Below are positions 50,380 to 64,000 of a stretch of DNA of 64,000 nucleotides, piece by piece; positions within the stretch are counted from its first letter, which is position 1; every line of letters begins with the position of its first letter. The notes beneath the pieces are model-generated. The model was not told the origin of the DNA, searched no databases, and was given only the letters and a program-made list of their open reading frames with translations. The position numbers and the translations under genes were made by a program. The stretch covers positions 4,404,001-4,468,000 of the forward strand of contig NC_087438.1 in assembly GCF_036321535.1 (NCBI RefSeq). Reading direction: 5' to 3'. The stretch comes from Camelus dromedarius (Eukaryota).

Positions 50380-52130
50380 GAGGTTTGTTGGCGCTGCTGT
50401 TTCTCGTGTCTTAAGTAAGTGTGAGCGGGGCTGTCTGCTGGTCGCCTGCACATCTTCTCCTGTGAACTACCTGTCTGTCCTCTGTCTACTTTTCTCTTAA
50501 ACTGTCCATTTCATATTGATTTGAAGCTGTTTACAAAGCATGGATATGACGTGTTTTCTATTATATATAGAAATTATTTTTTCCCAATGTGTCACTTTTT
50601 AAAAATCTTTATGATGTCTTTTATGTTTATCAAATCACTAAACTATTTAAATGAGTTTTTTAATACCTTTCCAGTTTATCTGCCTGGATTTTCATGCATA
50701 ATTACCTGACCTGCAGATCGTGGCAGTGTTCCCCCTTCCCTCCCACCACTGTCCCTCCTCTCTTCTCGTGGTCTCACTGCACTGACCAGGACTGTCCATG
50801 TGGGCTGATCGAGACAGTGAGCAATGTCTGTTACCTGGTTCCTGCTTCTAATATTTTTATCATTAAGTATGATGTTCAATATAGAATTTCTGATAAATAC
50901 CCTTCATCAAGTTAAATAACTTTCCTTCTAGTCTTAGCTGATTGTTATTTTTTAAGGAAAGACTGAGTCTTGAATTTTATAAGTTTTACTATTTCAATTT
51001 TGCTCCTTTAACCTCTTAATGTTCCTTATGTAACTATATTAAATGTATACATTCATATTTTATTTTGTTATATAAATATGTAATAAGTTATATCTACTAT
51101 ATATAAAATATGCAATTATATAGAAACATATACTAAAATACATAATTATATATACTATATATAAAATATATAAATTGTATAATAAAAATTTATATAATTA
51201 TATAATCCTAATAAAAATACATAAATGTAGAGAATGTAATACTTTATACCCCGAGAATACATCACGGCATGTTCCTTATTTAATTCCCTGCTGGCCTTGC
51301 TTCACTGACATTTTACTTAGCTCTTCACATCCGCGGTAGTGATGTCAGCAGCAGGGGTTCCTTTTGTGTGTGTGTCCTTGTCCATCTGGGGCCTCCCGGG
51401 TTCACCAGAAGAGAATGATCAGGGAAACGTTCTGGCTTTTTCTATAAAGTGAATTTAACATAGGAATCAGTTGTTTCCTGAAACTGTGACAAAGCTCAGC
51501 TGAAAATCTCCCAGGACCTTGTGCCTGTTTGGGGCGAGGAGGTGGGTGCGTCTCCAGCCGCCTGTCCCTTGTCTCCAGTTGTTACTCCTGCTGTGGTTCC
51601 TCTCCCGTTCCTGGAACAGCGCTGGTGACTCGATTTCCTGCGTGTTTTCATTTCACCCACGTCGTCAAAGTGCCTGTGCGGGAGGGGATGGGTGTGTTCT
51701 GGCACATTTACGAGTCTCTTCAGTAGTGTCTCCTCTCACCGTCTCTCTGTTGAGCAGTTATCAAAGATTTCTCTATTTTACTGATCTTTCCAAAAGCTTT
51801 TGAATTATTGGTCACCCCTAAGGAGTTTGTGTCCTGTTTCACGACTGTGTTTGCTCAAGTTTGTTACCTGATACTCAGATCCTTATATTCCACTCCACTT
51901 GTCAGTTTCTGATAGGTGCTATTATTAAACTATCTTAATATAACTGTGGCTTTGTCAATTTCTTCTCCTATTGGTAATATTTTTTGCTTTTTCAATATTT
52001 TGTTGTAAAGTTCTTTAAGGTTAAAGGTTATTATATGTACATGGTAGTTTTTTATAAATAAAAAAATATGAAGTATTTGTTTTTCCCATTTAATGGGTCT
52101 TGCAATGAGTTCTATTTTACTTGATATTAA
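50380..52130 (-). mobile_element. Old, degraded L1 fragments
   Basis: Antisense ORF2-like motifs, e.g. cactgaccaggactgtcc...acagtgagcaatgtctgttacctggttcctg and ataactgtggctttgtcaatttcttct. Confidence 0.55.
51030..51240. repeat. AT-rich (TA)n-like low-complexity tract
   Basis: tatatactatatataaaatatataaattgtataataaaaatttatataattatataat. Confidence 0.9.
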
Positions 52131-54899
52131 TGTCAACACACCTGGTATCTGCCATAATTTAAAATACACATACTCCCTGACCGATCGATATTACTGCTAG
52201 GATTTTATTCTAACCCACATGCCAGGTACAGTATTTGAAATGAAAGTTACAAGGTAATTCTTGTGGGCTTTTTGGGTTAGTAACAAAGGACCAGAGACAC
52301 CCCGTGTCTATTCACAAGGTTTGGTTAAATGGGGGTCCTCTGCTCCAGATGTACTGATGTGAAATAACTTCCAAGCTGTATTATTAAATACAAAAAAGTG
52401 CTAGGAGCAGCACATTCTGTACTGAAGTCATATTTGTGTGAAAGGGGGAAAGCACCTGCATGGAATATCTCTGGGAAGACAGACAGAAAATTACCATTGC
52501 TGGTGGCCCTCACGGGGGACAGAGGGGGCTGGGCGAGGAGTGGGGAGGCATCTTGCTGGTCTGAGCCTCTCAAATACTGACCATCGTGAACACTGGACTT
52601 TTCAAAATAATATTAAAGTAAAACACCCGAACCTCCCTCTCTCATTACCATTTGCCTATGTAGGTCTCGTTTCAATTTTTTGAGCTGTTTCGTGTTTTCT
52701 GTTTCTGTGTTTTCTTGTTCTTTCTATCCTTGTTTCCTTTTCTCCCTCCCCTTAGACTGACAACATTTTGTTACCTTTTCCCTCCAGTGGGTAGGGAGTC
52801 ACTTTCTATTCTTGTTTCTCCTTGACAAACACGTCTCAGTGGTGCAGGGGAGGTGCGGTCCTCAGGCGGGAAGCCCCCCTCTCCCGCCTGCCACACAATC
52901 CAGACCTGCTTCCTTCCGGGAGCCTCAGGTGCTGATCCAAACTTCCTGCCTCCAAATCCCCAGCCTGGGGGCTGTTTCCCAGGGAACCCGACTAAAACAC
53001 ACATTGCTGCTGAATCCACCCATCAAAACCGGCCATCACCTCCCTCACAAGCAGGACAAGTCTGCAGCACACCCTGACCTTCCCTCGCCCACCAGACTTG
53101 ATTTGCTGAAATCATTGCGCTGTTCTATATTTATCTGTACTTTACATCTCTGCCTCTCCAAAGACTGGGCCATGCAAATGGTCCAGTGCTAATCATGAAA
53201 GATGATCAATTATCAAGGCATATCTGAATGTCGGTGCTGGCTGGATTCCATCAGTGCGTGCTCTGGACCCTTCATATTGTTTGTACTTGTCATTGTTTAA
53301 GACTGGCTTAAACATTTAGAAATATTGTTACTGGGAAATGCTATTTGTTGCAACCAAAATCCACCTGGAAAAACAAACCCCCAATATTTAATTTAAAAAT
53401 GTATAGTCTTTCTTCTGACACCAATAACAATCTTACAAAAAATTTAATTGGAACATGAATTTGCATAATTTCCCAAGCACTCGGATAATTTAATGCAAGG
53501 CCGCTGTTTTCCAGTTTTTATTAGCTTTTTGTTCCCTGCTTTAAAACAATCGGAAGTTTGGCTCTGAGGGTGGCAGGTGCTGGTGATGGAAACTGGTGAT
53601 GGCAATCAAACACTGGGGTCAGATGTGCATTTCTGTACTTCCCACTATGACCAGTTCCTGAGCTGTCTACCCCAGGCAGCCTAGGGGAGGCGAACTGAAA
53701 CACCCCTCCCCAAACCCACAGAAAGAACTGAGAGCAGGCGATGATCCAGGCGACGCTATGTGGTTCCACGGCTCCATGTTTGACCGCGGTAGGCACTCCT
53801 GAGACTGCGGACCTTTGCAGCGGTGGACCGTGTGAACACGACCCACCACATAAGCGGCATGCACTTCACCCTCCCGATCTCCGTCTGCCCTGAGCAAAAG
53901 GTTTTATCCAACGGCAGAAAGAAAGAAGGGCTCATCAGTGAGCGTCTTGTCCTAGCAACCTAAAAACACCAGCCTCCACCTCGAAACACTGGCTGCCAAG
54001 TGTTTCGTTCACATTACCGTGTGGTTTCTATCACACCTGACTGATAAGAGTTAATATAAATAAATCATGTAAACATCATTTGCAAAGGCCATCCATTGTC
54101 CTGTCAGACGACTATTATTACCTAGGCCTTGCTTTGCTTAGATGTCAAATTGGGGGGCGTGGGGGGAATCTGGCTAAATACTCAAGGCTGGTTTTGTTGA
54201 CCAAATGAGCCCATGGAAATGATGATGCAGTCTGGACAGACTTGGGTTTGAATCTTGGCTCCACCATTCAATATTGCTCTTGACAACCTACCCACGTCTA
54301 ACAGATTATAACTACACAAAATGTTTGCAAAGAATCTCAACTTAACAAATGTTAGCCGTCTTCACTGCAAAGAAAACACCAAGGGTTCTAATTTGTTTCA
54401 CAGTATTACATTGTTAGATGAGCTAAGGTTACTTTAACCAATAGCCTCCACTCTGGCCACACGTCAGACCAGATGGGGTTTAGACTCCACCACAGCCATA
54501 CGAAATAGACTCTCCAACCAGCACGGGCCAGAGATCCTCATCTTAAAGAAGCTCTGGAGGAAAAACTTTAAGAGAACGAAGAGCTCCCCTTTTCTTTGGT
54601 TGGTGCTGAAGTTCATGCCGTCACTGGCCAGCGGGTCTTCGGGGGGGAGGGGGGATGAGGCTGGTCCTGGCACAGCCAGTAGGGGTCAGGGGGGCCACAG
54701 TCTGAGGCTTTCAGCCCCAGCCAAAGGGGGAGAGTAGTACACTGGACAAACTGAAAGTGAGGAAAATCAGTGCCCTGGTGCTTACGTGGGAGGGAAAGGA
54801 GGATAAACATGGAAGGGGGGCTACAACAACCGTGTTGGGCTGAAATCAGAGGTGGTGGTGTGACATGTGTTAATTTACAGGTAACACATACAGGTGTAT

Positions 54900-57820
54900 A
54901 AACGTAGCCTGTGCACACATACACCTTTTATTTCCTAGTAGCAGTGAGCACACCAAATGCCAGGTCTTGGCTTCTAACTACCAGGCTCCACGAAAAGGAC
55001 CAGGGCTCCGGGGGTGGCCTGAGGGCTGGAGCATCGCGCATGAAGTAGGATGGTGGGGACGTGCAGAAGGATGTTGGAACCAACCAGAAACAGCTCTCAC
55101 CAGCCAAGTCTAGGACAATGCGGACCAGAAAACAAGTGACGGTAACAGACACTTTACTAAATAAAACAGGAACCCTTGAGTCCATATGATATAAATAACT
55201 GAATGAAGAAATGGAGCAGAGGGGAAAGCGCTTAATGTAGACGGCAAACCCGTAATGCAGAGGGGCAGTAAAATTGGAAATTAACATCTGGCAACTCTCA
55301 TGGTAAACTGGTCCAGGCAAAAGTTGCCAAGAGATGCTAAAGCTGGTAGCTCAAGTTCGATAAGAGACATATATACACTCTAAAAGTGTCTCCCTGCAGA
55401 ATACCTATTAAGCTTTAAGTGAAGGGATGTGGAGGCAGTTACACTTAAGTAGAGCTTCACTTCACTAGGAAGGTGACAAATCCACACCACGAGCCTCTCG
55501 ATGTGCTCCAGTGAAACAGAGCTCACCACTGTAGCACCCTTGTCGAGATGTGTAAACCACGAGGACACATCAGATAAACCCAAACTGAAGAATGTTCCAT
55601 AAAGTAATCGACCTGTCCTCCCCTGAATATGTCACAGATCACAAAGGACAGACTGAGAACTGCTTCAGTTGGGAGTGAACACAAACGCCATACAATGAAA
55701 CACAGCTGACCTGTGAAGGGCACTGCTGGGCCACCTGGCAGAATGCGGTCGGTGGGTGGAGGGAGCCTTGTATCAGTGCCTATACTTGGGCTGTGATTTC
55801 AGAAGAGGCGGGTTTCCAGCAAAGATACGCTGAAGTTACGGGATAATGAAACACGTCTGCAACTAACTCACGTGGTTCAGAAAAAAAATCAGTCACACAC
55901 AGGAATTTAGGTGAAGGGTAAGAGTTCTTTATACTGAGTCAGGAAGTATTTCAAAATCAAGAGACTTAGGAGACAAATGAAGCAAACGCAATGTGTGGTC
56001 TGTTTGTCCAAACCAACTCAAAAAACAAATTGAGACTAATAAGCAAATGGAAATATTAACTAAGCTATTTGTGGGGGTTTGATCTTTATTTCCCATCTCC
56101 TAGCAACCACTTTCCTACTCTTTCTGAGTTCAATTTTTCTTTTTTAGGTTCCACATATAAATGACACCATGCAGTATCTTTCTCTCTGCCTGGCTTATTT
56201 CTGTTAGCATATTTCCTCGAGGTCCATCCAGGCTCACAACGATAGGGTTCCCTTTTTATGGCTGAGTAATACCCCACTGCATATATACGTACCACATTTT
56301 CTTCATCGATCCACCTGTTGATGAACATTTAGATTTACCTGTTTCCATACCTGAGCTACTGTGAACAATGTTACGATGAATATGGGCATGCAGGTATGCC
56401 TCGGAGGTAAGTTTCACCCCCTTTGGATAAATACTCAGAGGTAGGATTGCTGGATGATCTGGTAATTCTACTTTTAACTTCTTGAAGAACCTCCAGACTA
56501 TTTTCCATAGTGGCTGGACCAGTTTATATTCCCACTAACGATGTACAAGGGTTCTGTTCCCCACACCCTCACCAGCACTCGTTGTTTTGAGAAGGCACCC
56601 TAACAGGTTGTGAAGTGATGCCTTATTGTGGTTTTGATTTGCACTTCCCTGATGATAGTGTTTTCTTGTATCTGTTGACCATTTGCCTCCTTTGGAAAAG
56701 TGTCTATTTAGGTCCTTTGCCGTTTTTTTTTTTTTTTCCTTTCTGGTGAATTCAGTTGTACGAGTTTCTCGCATGTTTTCCATATTAAGCTCTTCTCAGA
56801 TAGTGGTTTGCATTTTCTCCCAAACTACAGGTTGCCTTTTCATTTCGTTGGTTTCCTTTGCTGGGCAGCTTTTGTTTGAATGTAGTCTACCCTGTTTATT
56901 TTTGCTTGTGGTGCCTTTGCTTTTGTCGTCATGTCCAAAAAATCACTGCCAAGACCCATGCCAAGGAGCTTACCCTGTTTTCTTCCAGGAGTTTCATGGT
57001 TTCGGTCTTACCTTCAATGCTTTCAACCGCTTTGAGTTGATTTCCGTGTACAGGGTAAGACAGGGGTTCAGATTCATTCTTTTGCACGTGGCAATCCTGT
57101 TTTCCCAACACTATTGATTGACGAGAGCATCCTCTTCCCATTGTATACTCTCAGTTCCTTGGCCAAAAACTGACCAAATACGCATGGGTTTGTTCCTGGG
57201 CTCTCTATTCGGTACTACTAACCTGTCTTGTTTTATACCAATAGCACACAGTCTTGATTGCTACAGCTTTTTAATATAATTTGAAATCAGGAAATAGAGT
57301 GCTTCTAGCTTTCTTCTTTTTCTCAAGATTCCTTTGGCTATTCTTGGCCTTTTATGTTTCCATACAAATTTTAGCATTTTTTTCCTATTTCTGTGAAAAA
57401 TGCAATTGGAATTTTTATAGGGATTGCATTGACTCTGTAAGATCACTTTGAGCAGTACGGACATTTTAACAATATTAATTCCTACAATCTATGAGCACAA
57501 CATATCTTTCCATTTATTTGTCTTCAATTTCTTTCACCCACGTCTTACAGTTTTCAGTGTACAGAATTTTCACGTAAGCTATTTGACACTAAGGAATTGT
57601 TACTGTTTTGGTGTGAAGTCACTGAGGTTATTTTTTGAAAAGAAAAAGGGTCCTTATCTTTTGAAATGTTACTGGATGCAATTTACTTCAAAACAATACA
57701 AAGAGATGGGTGGTGAAATGAGCAGGGCTATTAATCAGACTGTTAACTCTAAACACCAAGTGACAGGGACAGGCTCACCATCCCACACTCTGCTCTTCTG
57801 ACATTTGGAAACTGTCTTGG
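54900..57820 (+). mobile_element. Old L1 3'UTR (L1MC/MD-like), split by a younger antisense L1 (pieces ~54900-56071 and 57575-~57820)
   Basis: gtagcagtgagcacaccaaatgccaggtcttggcttctaa...gacacatcagataaacccaaactgaag. The sequence resumes after the TSD with atttgacactaaggaattgttactgttttggtgtga. Confidence 0.65.
56072..57574 (-). mobile_element. L1 ORF2 3' part plus partial 3'UTR, flanked by an exact 11-bp TSD
   Basis: - strand LKFVWKHKRPRIAKGILRK and YAVGYYSAIKR. taagctatttg occurs at 56061-56071 and 57575-57585. Confidence 0.9.
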
Positions 57821-57829
57821 AAGCCATGT

Positions 57830-57890
57830 CACCAGCATCCAGAGCCCTGCCTGGCACACAGCAGGGACTTAGTAAGTGATCAACTGAAGC
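57830..57890 (+). mobile_element. L2 3'-end fragment (similar ends near 27795-27858, 31860-31920 and 41450-41500)
   Basis: ccagagccctgcctggcacacagcagggacttagtaagtgat...tgaa resembles the L2 terminus. Confidence 0.55.
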
Positions 57891-58419
57891 GGCCCCGCAG
57901 GTCCTGCCTGAGGAGCACCACCCGCAGGTTCTCCAACAACAGTGCACGAGGGAGCCGGTTCAGCACTGGAGAGGGCTCTCAGATTGCTCAGGGAACCTTG
58001 CACCCACCCACATCTGCCTCACGGTAGCCGCGGCATCAACACCGCCCTCTAGAGGATCAAAGATGAACACACAAGACAGTCATTCAAGTGCTCTCACTGC
58101 TACCTACTCACTTTGAGTAGAAACTGACACACTGTAAAAGGACGATGCTTCAGCTTACAGAGGGGAAAGGAGAAAAGCAGCTTTCACGTTCATGTTCCTT
58201 TCACCAGCTAATGCTTGACTACGAACATTTCCATTAAACCAAAAGTAAGTTTACTCCTTCTGACTTACAAAGAATAAAACAGGAGTCGTGCACATAACGC
58301 GCTCTCACTAATTTTATTTCAACTTTCCAAGGATCCCAAACCCCATGTAAAAAATAAAATAGCAGAGCACTCCAATAAAAGCCCATAAAACCCTCATAAT
58401 TAGTATCACAATTCATGAT

Positions 58420-58947
58420 ACAGCTCTTACTCTGAAAAAGTTTATTTTACCCTTTATTACAAAGGCACGGAAGTCATCTGAGACCTCAGATATCCACCCC
58501 ACTGAGGATTACTGTTGCACTAACGTGCAACTAATGTAAGTATTAAAGCTGATAGTACAGTTTTCTACCAATTCGTGAGGAGTTATACATTCTCTCTATA
58601 AATAATCCTTAGAAGAAATAGTGAGCCTTTAGACCAATGCAGGCAGAACAGGGGCCTGAACCCTTCTGTAAGGGCAGTTCTGTTTCTTGGCGGAGTAAGA
58701 CTTTAAAGATGAAAGTCTATTCCCAGCAACGGGCACAGTGCACCCAACTTTGCCAGAGAAACCAAGTAAAACGAGCAACTTCTAACAAGCTGGTAAAGCC
58801 CCTCTCCGGAAGGCCTGCACGGAAGGAGTCCCGGGATCGCTCACGGCCCCTTCACCCACCAGCTCCCGGTCTTCCCAGACACGTGCCTTCCGGGTCAGAA
58901 GCGGCCCTGGGTTTGGTCTCAGACCCCAAGGGGAGGCCCCGGCCCCC
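58420..58947 (-). other. NSUN2: NSUN2 3'UTR (end approximate)
   Basis: Runs from the stop codon to tandem AATAAA signals, followed by GT-rich sequence on the - strand. Confidence 0.7.
58441..58458 (-). terminator. Tandem AATAAA polyadenylation signals of NSUN2
   Basis: tttatt on + at 58441-58446 and 58453-58458. A further AATAAA lies at 58313-58318. Confidence 0.7.
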
Positions 58948-59391
<444 letters not shown>

Positions 59392-60373
59392 TCATGTCCT
59401 GAATATTATCCACACCCTCAGGCTGGCCAGTTTCTCCTTCTAAAAGCTGACTGTGGAATAACACTCAAATTGGCAGCTTTCAAACCCTTTCAATGTCTGA
59501 ATTTCCAAATACTTCCATCTTCTCAAATTTGAAGACCTCTCTATAAATTCCTAAAGCTGCCTTTTCTCTTGTACTTCAACTAGCAGAAACTCGTGAATGT
59601 GGAAAAGAGAATCCACATCTTAAAAAATAGTCTGCAGTTTTCTATGTGAGCCCCACAAGTACTGTCATTTTAAAACTCACCTGCTGTCTTGCTCTCAGCC
59701 CCACCCCAACACGAGCTGCTCTCTGCACGGCAGCCGAAGGCAGCTGGAGACCACGAGGCCGAGGCCACGCGCCCCGCAGACGGGCAGGCTGCCTGGATGG
59801 ACCTGCCCTCCTGCGCACAGCCCCACTCAGACTGCTTCTCAGCTTCCTCCTCGCCCCTCAGGTTCAGCTCAAGTATCTTCCAGAGAAGCTGCCAAATCCC
59901 CCTCCAGCCCTGACTCGTTTCACTTCCTCCTTGGGAAACTGTTTTATTTGACAAAGAGGCGGCTGTTAAATGTAAAACCCGGGTCGGGTGCAAATCCTGC
60001 CTCTGCCTCTGCCTGGCTGGGGCGCTCTGGGCACCACCTGCGCTCGCTGTCCCATTCCTGGCATGTGCTGACCGTGCAGGACATGCTCCCCAGGGAGGGG
60101 CAGCCCAGAACAGCGGTCACCTGGTGGCTGCCACCACCGGCAGGGCTCGAGGAACTCAACCTCTCTTCGCTGGTCTATCCTTACACTCACTCTGTTTGAG
60201 ACAGAAGTTAGAATTCGCTTTCTGAGGCCCAGGGAGTAGGACTGTGCACTGCATCCCGTGGTAAACAAGACTTCTCCTGGTCTGAGATCCCCACGGCCCC
60301 ATCTGAGCCTGAGGCCACCCCCTGCACCCCGACGAGAACGCGGTGGCTCCGCGAGCAGGAGCAGCTCACTCAC

Positions 60374-60413
60374 GTGGGGTCCGGCTCGTACTTCAGGACG
60401 ACGCTGCCTTTGG
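60374..60413 (-). CDS. NSUN2: NSUN2 exon, 40 nt (about human exon 18)
   Basis: ttgcag acceptor; (A)KGSVVLKYEPDP(T); GTGAGT donor; bridges the phases of the flanking exons. Confidence 0.95.
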
Positions 60414-61341
60414 CTGCAAGAGAAGCAGGGGCGCATCAGCCAAGCCCTCGGGGAGGTGGGGGGGGGGCTCTGCTGCACACGTTTATGAGCCCAGAGAACA
60501 ATAATCCCTGCTCTTGGTCTCGGGGGTCTCGACAGAGAAAAGAGGCCTTTCTTTCTAAAACCACGACGCCATCGGCAGGCCCAGCCCCAAAAGGAGCAGT
60601 GGAGACGTGCGTAGGCTCGAGTCAGACCATTAGGGAGCTGGGTGAAGCTACTCAGCAAGTCTCTCAGACACAGGCAGGTGGGCATTAACTGCTGGTTAAT
60701 TCTCAAAATTCAAGATGAAATAAATAATTTCTCCAACTCCCAGAAACAGCATGGAACAACACAGGAAAACTGTCAAAAACTATGTTGCCATCACCTAAAT
60801 AAATGTGGGGTTAACGAAAGAAGAGAGCAAGGACAGGCAGCTCCTTCTCCCGGACAGGCCAGCGCGGCGGCCGCGGCCCCGCCAAGGGAGGCAGCCCATG
60901 CCTGCCCGCGCGGTCCGCTCCGGGTGCCAGCTGCAGGCACAGGACTCAAGAGTACACAACTTCAGGAACTGATGTGTGCGGTTTTCACCAAATTGAGCCA
61001 AAAACACTGAACAAGTTATAAAAAAATAAACACTGAGAAGACAAGCAGAATTGGAAGCCTCGGTGGGGTTATTTCTGTTCTTAGGCGGAAATGTGACCAG
61101 AGTGACTCGAGGTGGCAGCTGATGGGACAGAACAGCAAGGACGCCTGTGTGGCTGGGACCCACACCCGCACCAACGGCCATGGGGTCTCACTGGGGGGAG
61201 CAGAGCAACCCCAGGGATGCCCCTGACCTTCAGGATACAGAGGTATCAGTTCTACCTCCACAAATACCTCTGAAAATTGACAGCTGGTAAAAAGCAAGCC
61301 TCACTGTACTGAAATGTAAAACTGAGAGATCCACCAAGCTA

Positions 61342-61930
<589 letters not shown>

Positions 61931-62405
61931 TCAGATGAAACACACACACAACTGAAAGCCAGGATAATTGGTTAAAACACTCCCTTCTACTGTGAGGAGA
62001 CAGAGCTACAAGCAGCTGCTGAAAAAAAGAAAAAAGGAAAGAAAAAGTGGAAAATACCCGAAGAGCCATCTGACTAAACTAGGGGGCCTCCTGGTCCCGG
62101 TTTATGCGGCTTACACTGACTAGCAGTTAGCGCAACAGACATTAAAGCCAGGAAAGCAGAGAAAGACCACGTAACACACACGCCACGGGCCCGCAGGAGC
62201 AAGGATGCTGTCACCCTGGGACCCCCAGTGGCAGCCAAGAGAGGACGACAAAGAGGCACCTAGTGTCTCAGTATTGTCCCGGTGATACTTCTGACCTCCA
62301 GACCACACGGAGATGCTCTGGGCGAACAGAAAGGCAAGGGGGTAAATGAGCTGGAAGAACAGTAAAGCAAATGAAAATCGGGGCCTGAAAGTGGAAAGAA
62401 ATCTA

Positions 62406-62810
<405 letters not shown>

Positions 62811-63526
62811 TCACTGTCTCTAGCATCCCACTCTCCCCAAAAAGAACTCATTTCTCAAACTCAGTGTGGCTTAAAGGGCGCTGGAGCTCCGCTCGCTGGA
62901 CATGGACTTCTGACTTCACCCACTCCACCCAAAACCTCCAGGAGTTCCATCTGAGCACAGCTAGGTCTGGGGTCTGCGTTAACAGGTGTGGCTTCCCCCT
63001 CAACTGCTGCTCTGATGACACAGCTGAGGACACCCACCTCCTCCAGAGACGTTTTAGGAGAGATTTTTACAAATGCAGGCAAGTACCAGTTATCCACAGG
63101 ACAACGGAAGCGACCACTCTGGGGAACAGACACTGAATTTAACAAGCAAGGGATGAACCTGACACGCCATCCTGAGCACCTCTCCCCTATTCCACCTGGA
63201 AATCCCACCCAGACCCCCTGAGTCGGAAGCGAGGTGGGGAGCCCGGCCCCCGATCCTGAAGCTCAACTGAGTGGGCCACACTGGGGCTCACGGCCCAGAG
63301 CGCCCCATCCTCCCCACCTTTCCCTCTGGGTGGTCTTCCTTCTCTGGTTACCGGGCACCTGAAACGGAAGGGCTCAGCAAACACCTTCCGAAGTTCCACC
63401 CAGCTCTAACACGCACTTCAGAAGGAGCTAAATTAAAGACTATGGTTAAATGTGACCACGTGTGCACGTGGAACTCTACAGTAAACGTATCTAAATGAAG
63501 AATTTAAAAGGTTGAATTAATCCTTA

Positions 63527-63757
<231 letters not shown>

Positions 63758-63959
63758 TCAAGTCTCTGCCCTCCAGACGACAGCCAGCAGCATCCACGAT
63801 GCAGGTTCACAGGCACCGAACCGCATCCTACGCGGCAAGGACGCTCTCACCCAGGCCCGCCCCAGCCAAGGCACCACAGGGGCGCTCTGGGGTCCAACAT
63901 AATCTACAGGTGCTAGGCGGACACGAGGACACCAGGATTGGGACACAACCGTTTCTTAC

Positions 63960-64000
63960 CCACACACGCCATCTTTCTTACTTCCATTATTCTCCAAATT
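63960..64000 (-). CDS. NSUN2: NSUN2 exon, 3' part only (truncated by window edge; about human exon 13)
   Basis: Translates NLENNGSKKDGVC-G(GG), followed by a GTAAG donor at 63959. Confidence 0.93.

Noticed and set aside
59966..60706. 246-aa - strand ORF inside NSUN2
   Set aside because: It crosses the 40-nt exon in a different frame and is otherwise intronic GC-rich sequence with no recognisable domain.

Overview
This is mammalian genomic DNA, not prokaryotic. It is most likely camelid, judging from the tRNA-derived SINEs and L1 3' ends, and it matches the human 5p15.31 gene order. Two genes converge tail to tail. On the + strand is the terminal coding exon of UBE2QL1 (7047-7178, missed by the ORF track), preceded by the end of its large intron and followed by a long 3'UTR to roughly 12.7 kb. 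On the - strand are the last seven exons of the m5C RNA methyltransferase NSUN2 (63960-64000 partial, down to the stop at 58948), all with GT-AG boundaries and consistent phases. The ~46 kb between the genes is GC-rich non-coding DNA with L1, MaLR/ERVL/ERV1 LTRs, hAT fossils, MIR/L2, SINEs and simple repeats. I found no evidence of a new protein-coding system; almost all listed ORFs are chance ORFs in GC-rich DNA or L1 remnants. The best observations are retrotransposition structures: a TSD-flanked chimeric insertion carrying ~300 bp of extra 5' sequence, a probable twin-primed 5'-inverted L1, a TSD-flanked L1 lacking its 3' end, and two nested-element stacks. There are also a shorter NSUN2 tail and candidate regulatory CpG-rich patches. 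Repeat family names come from recalled consensus sequences, not a database search, and boundaries of old repeats are approximate.
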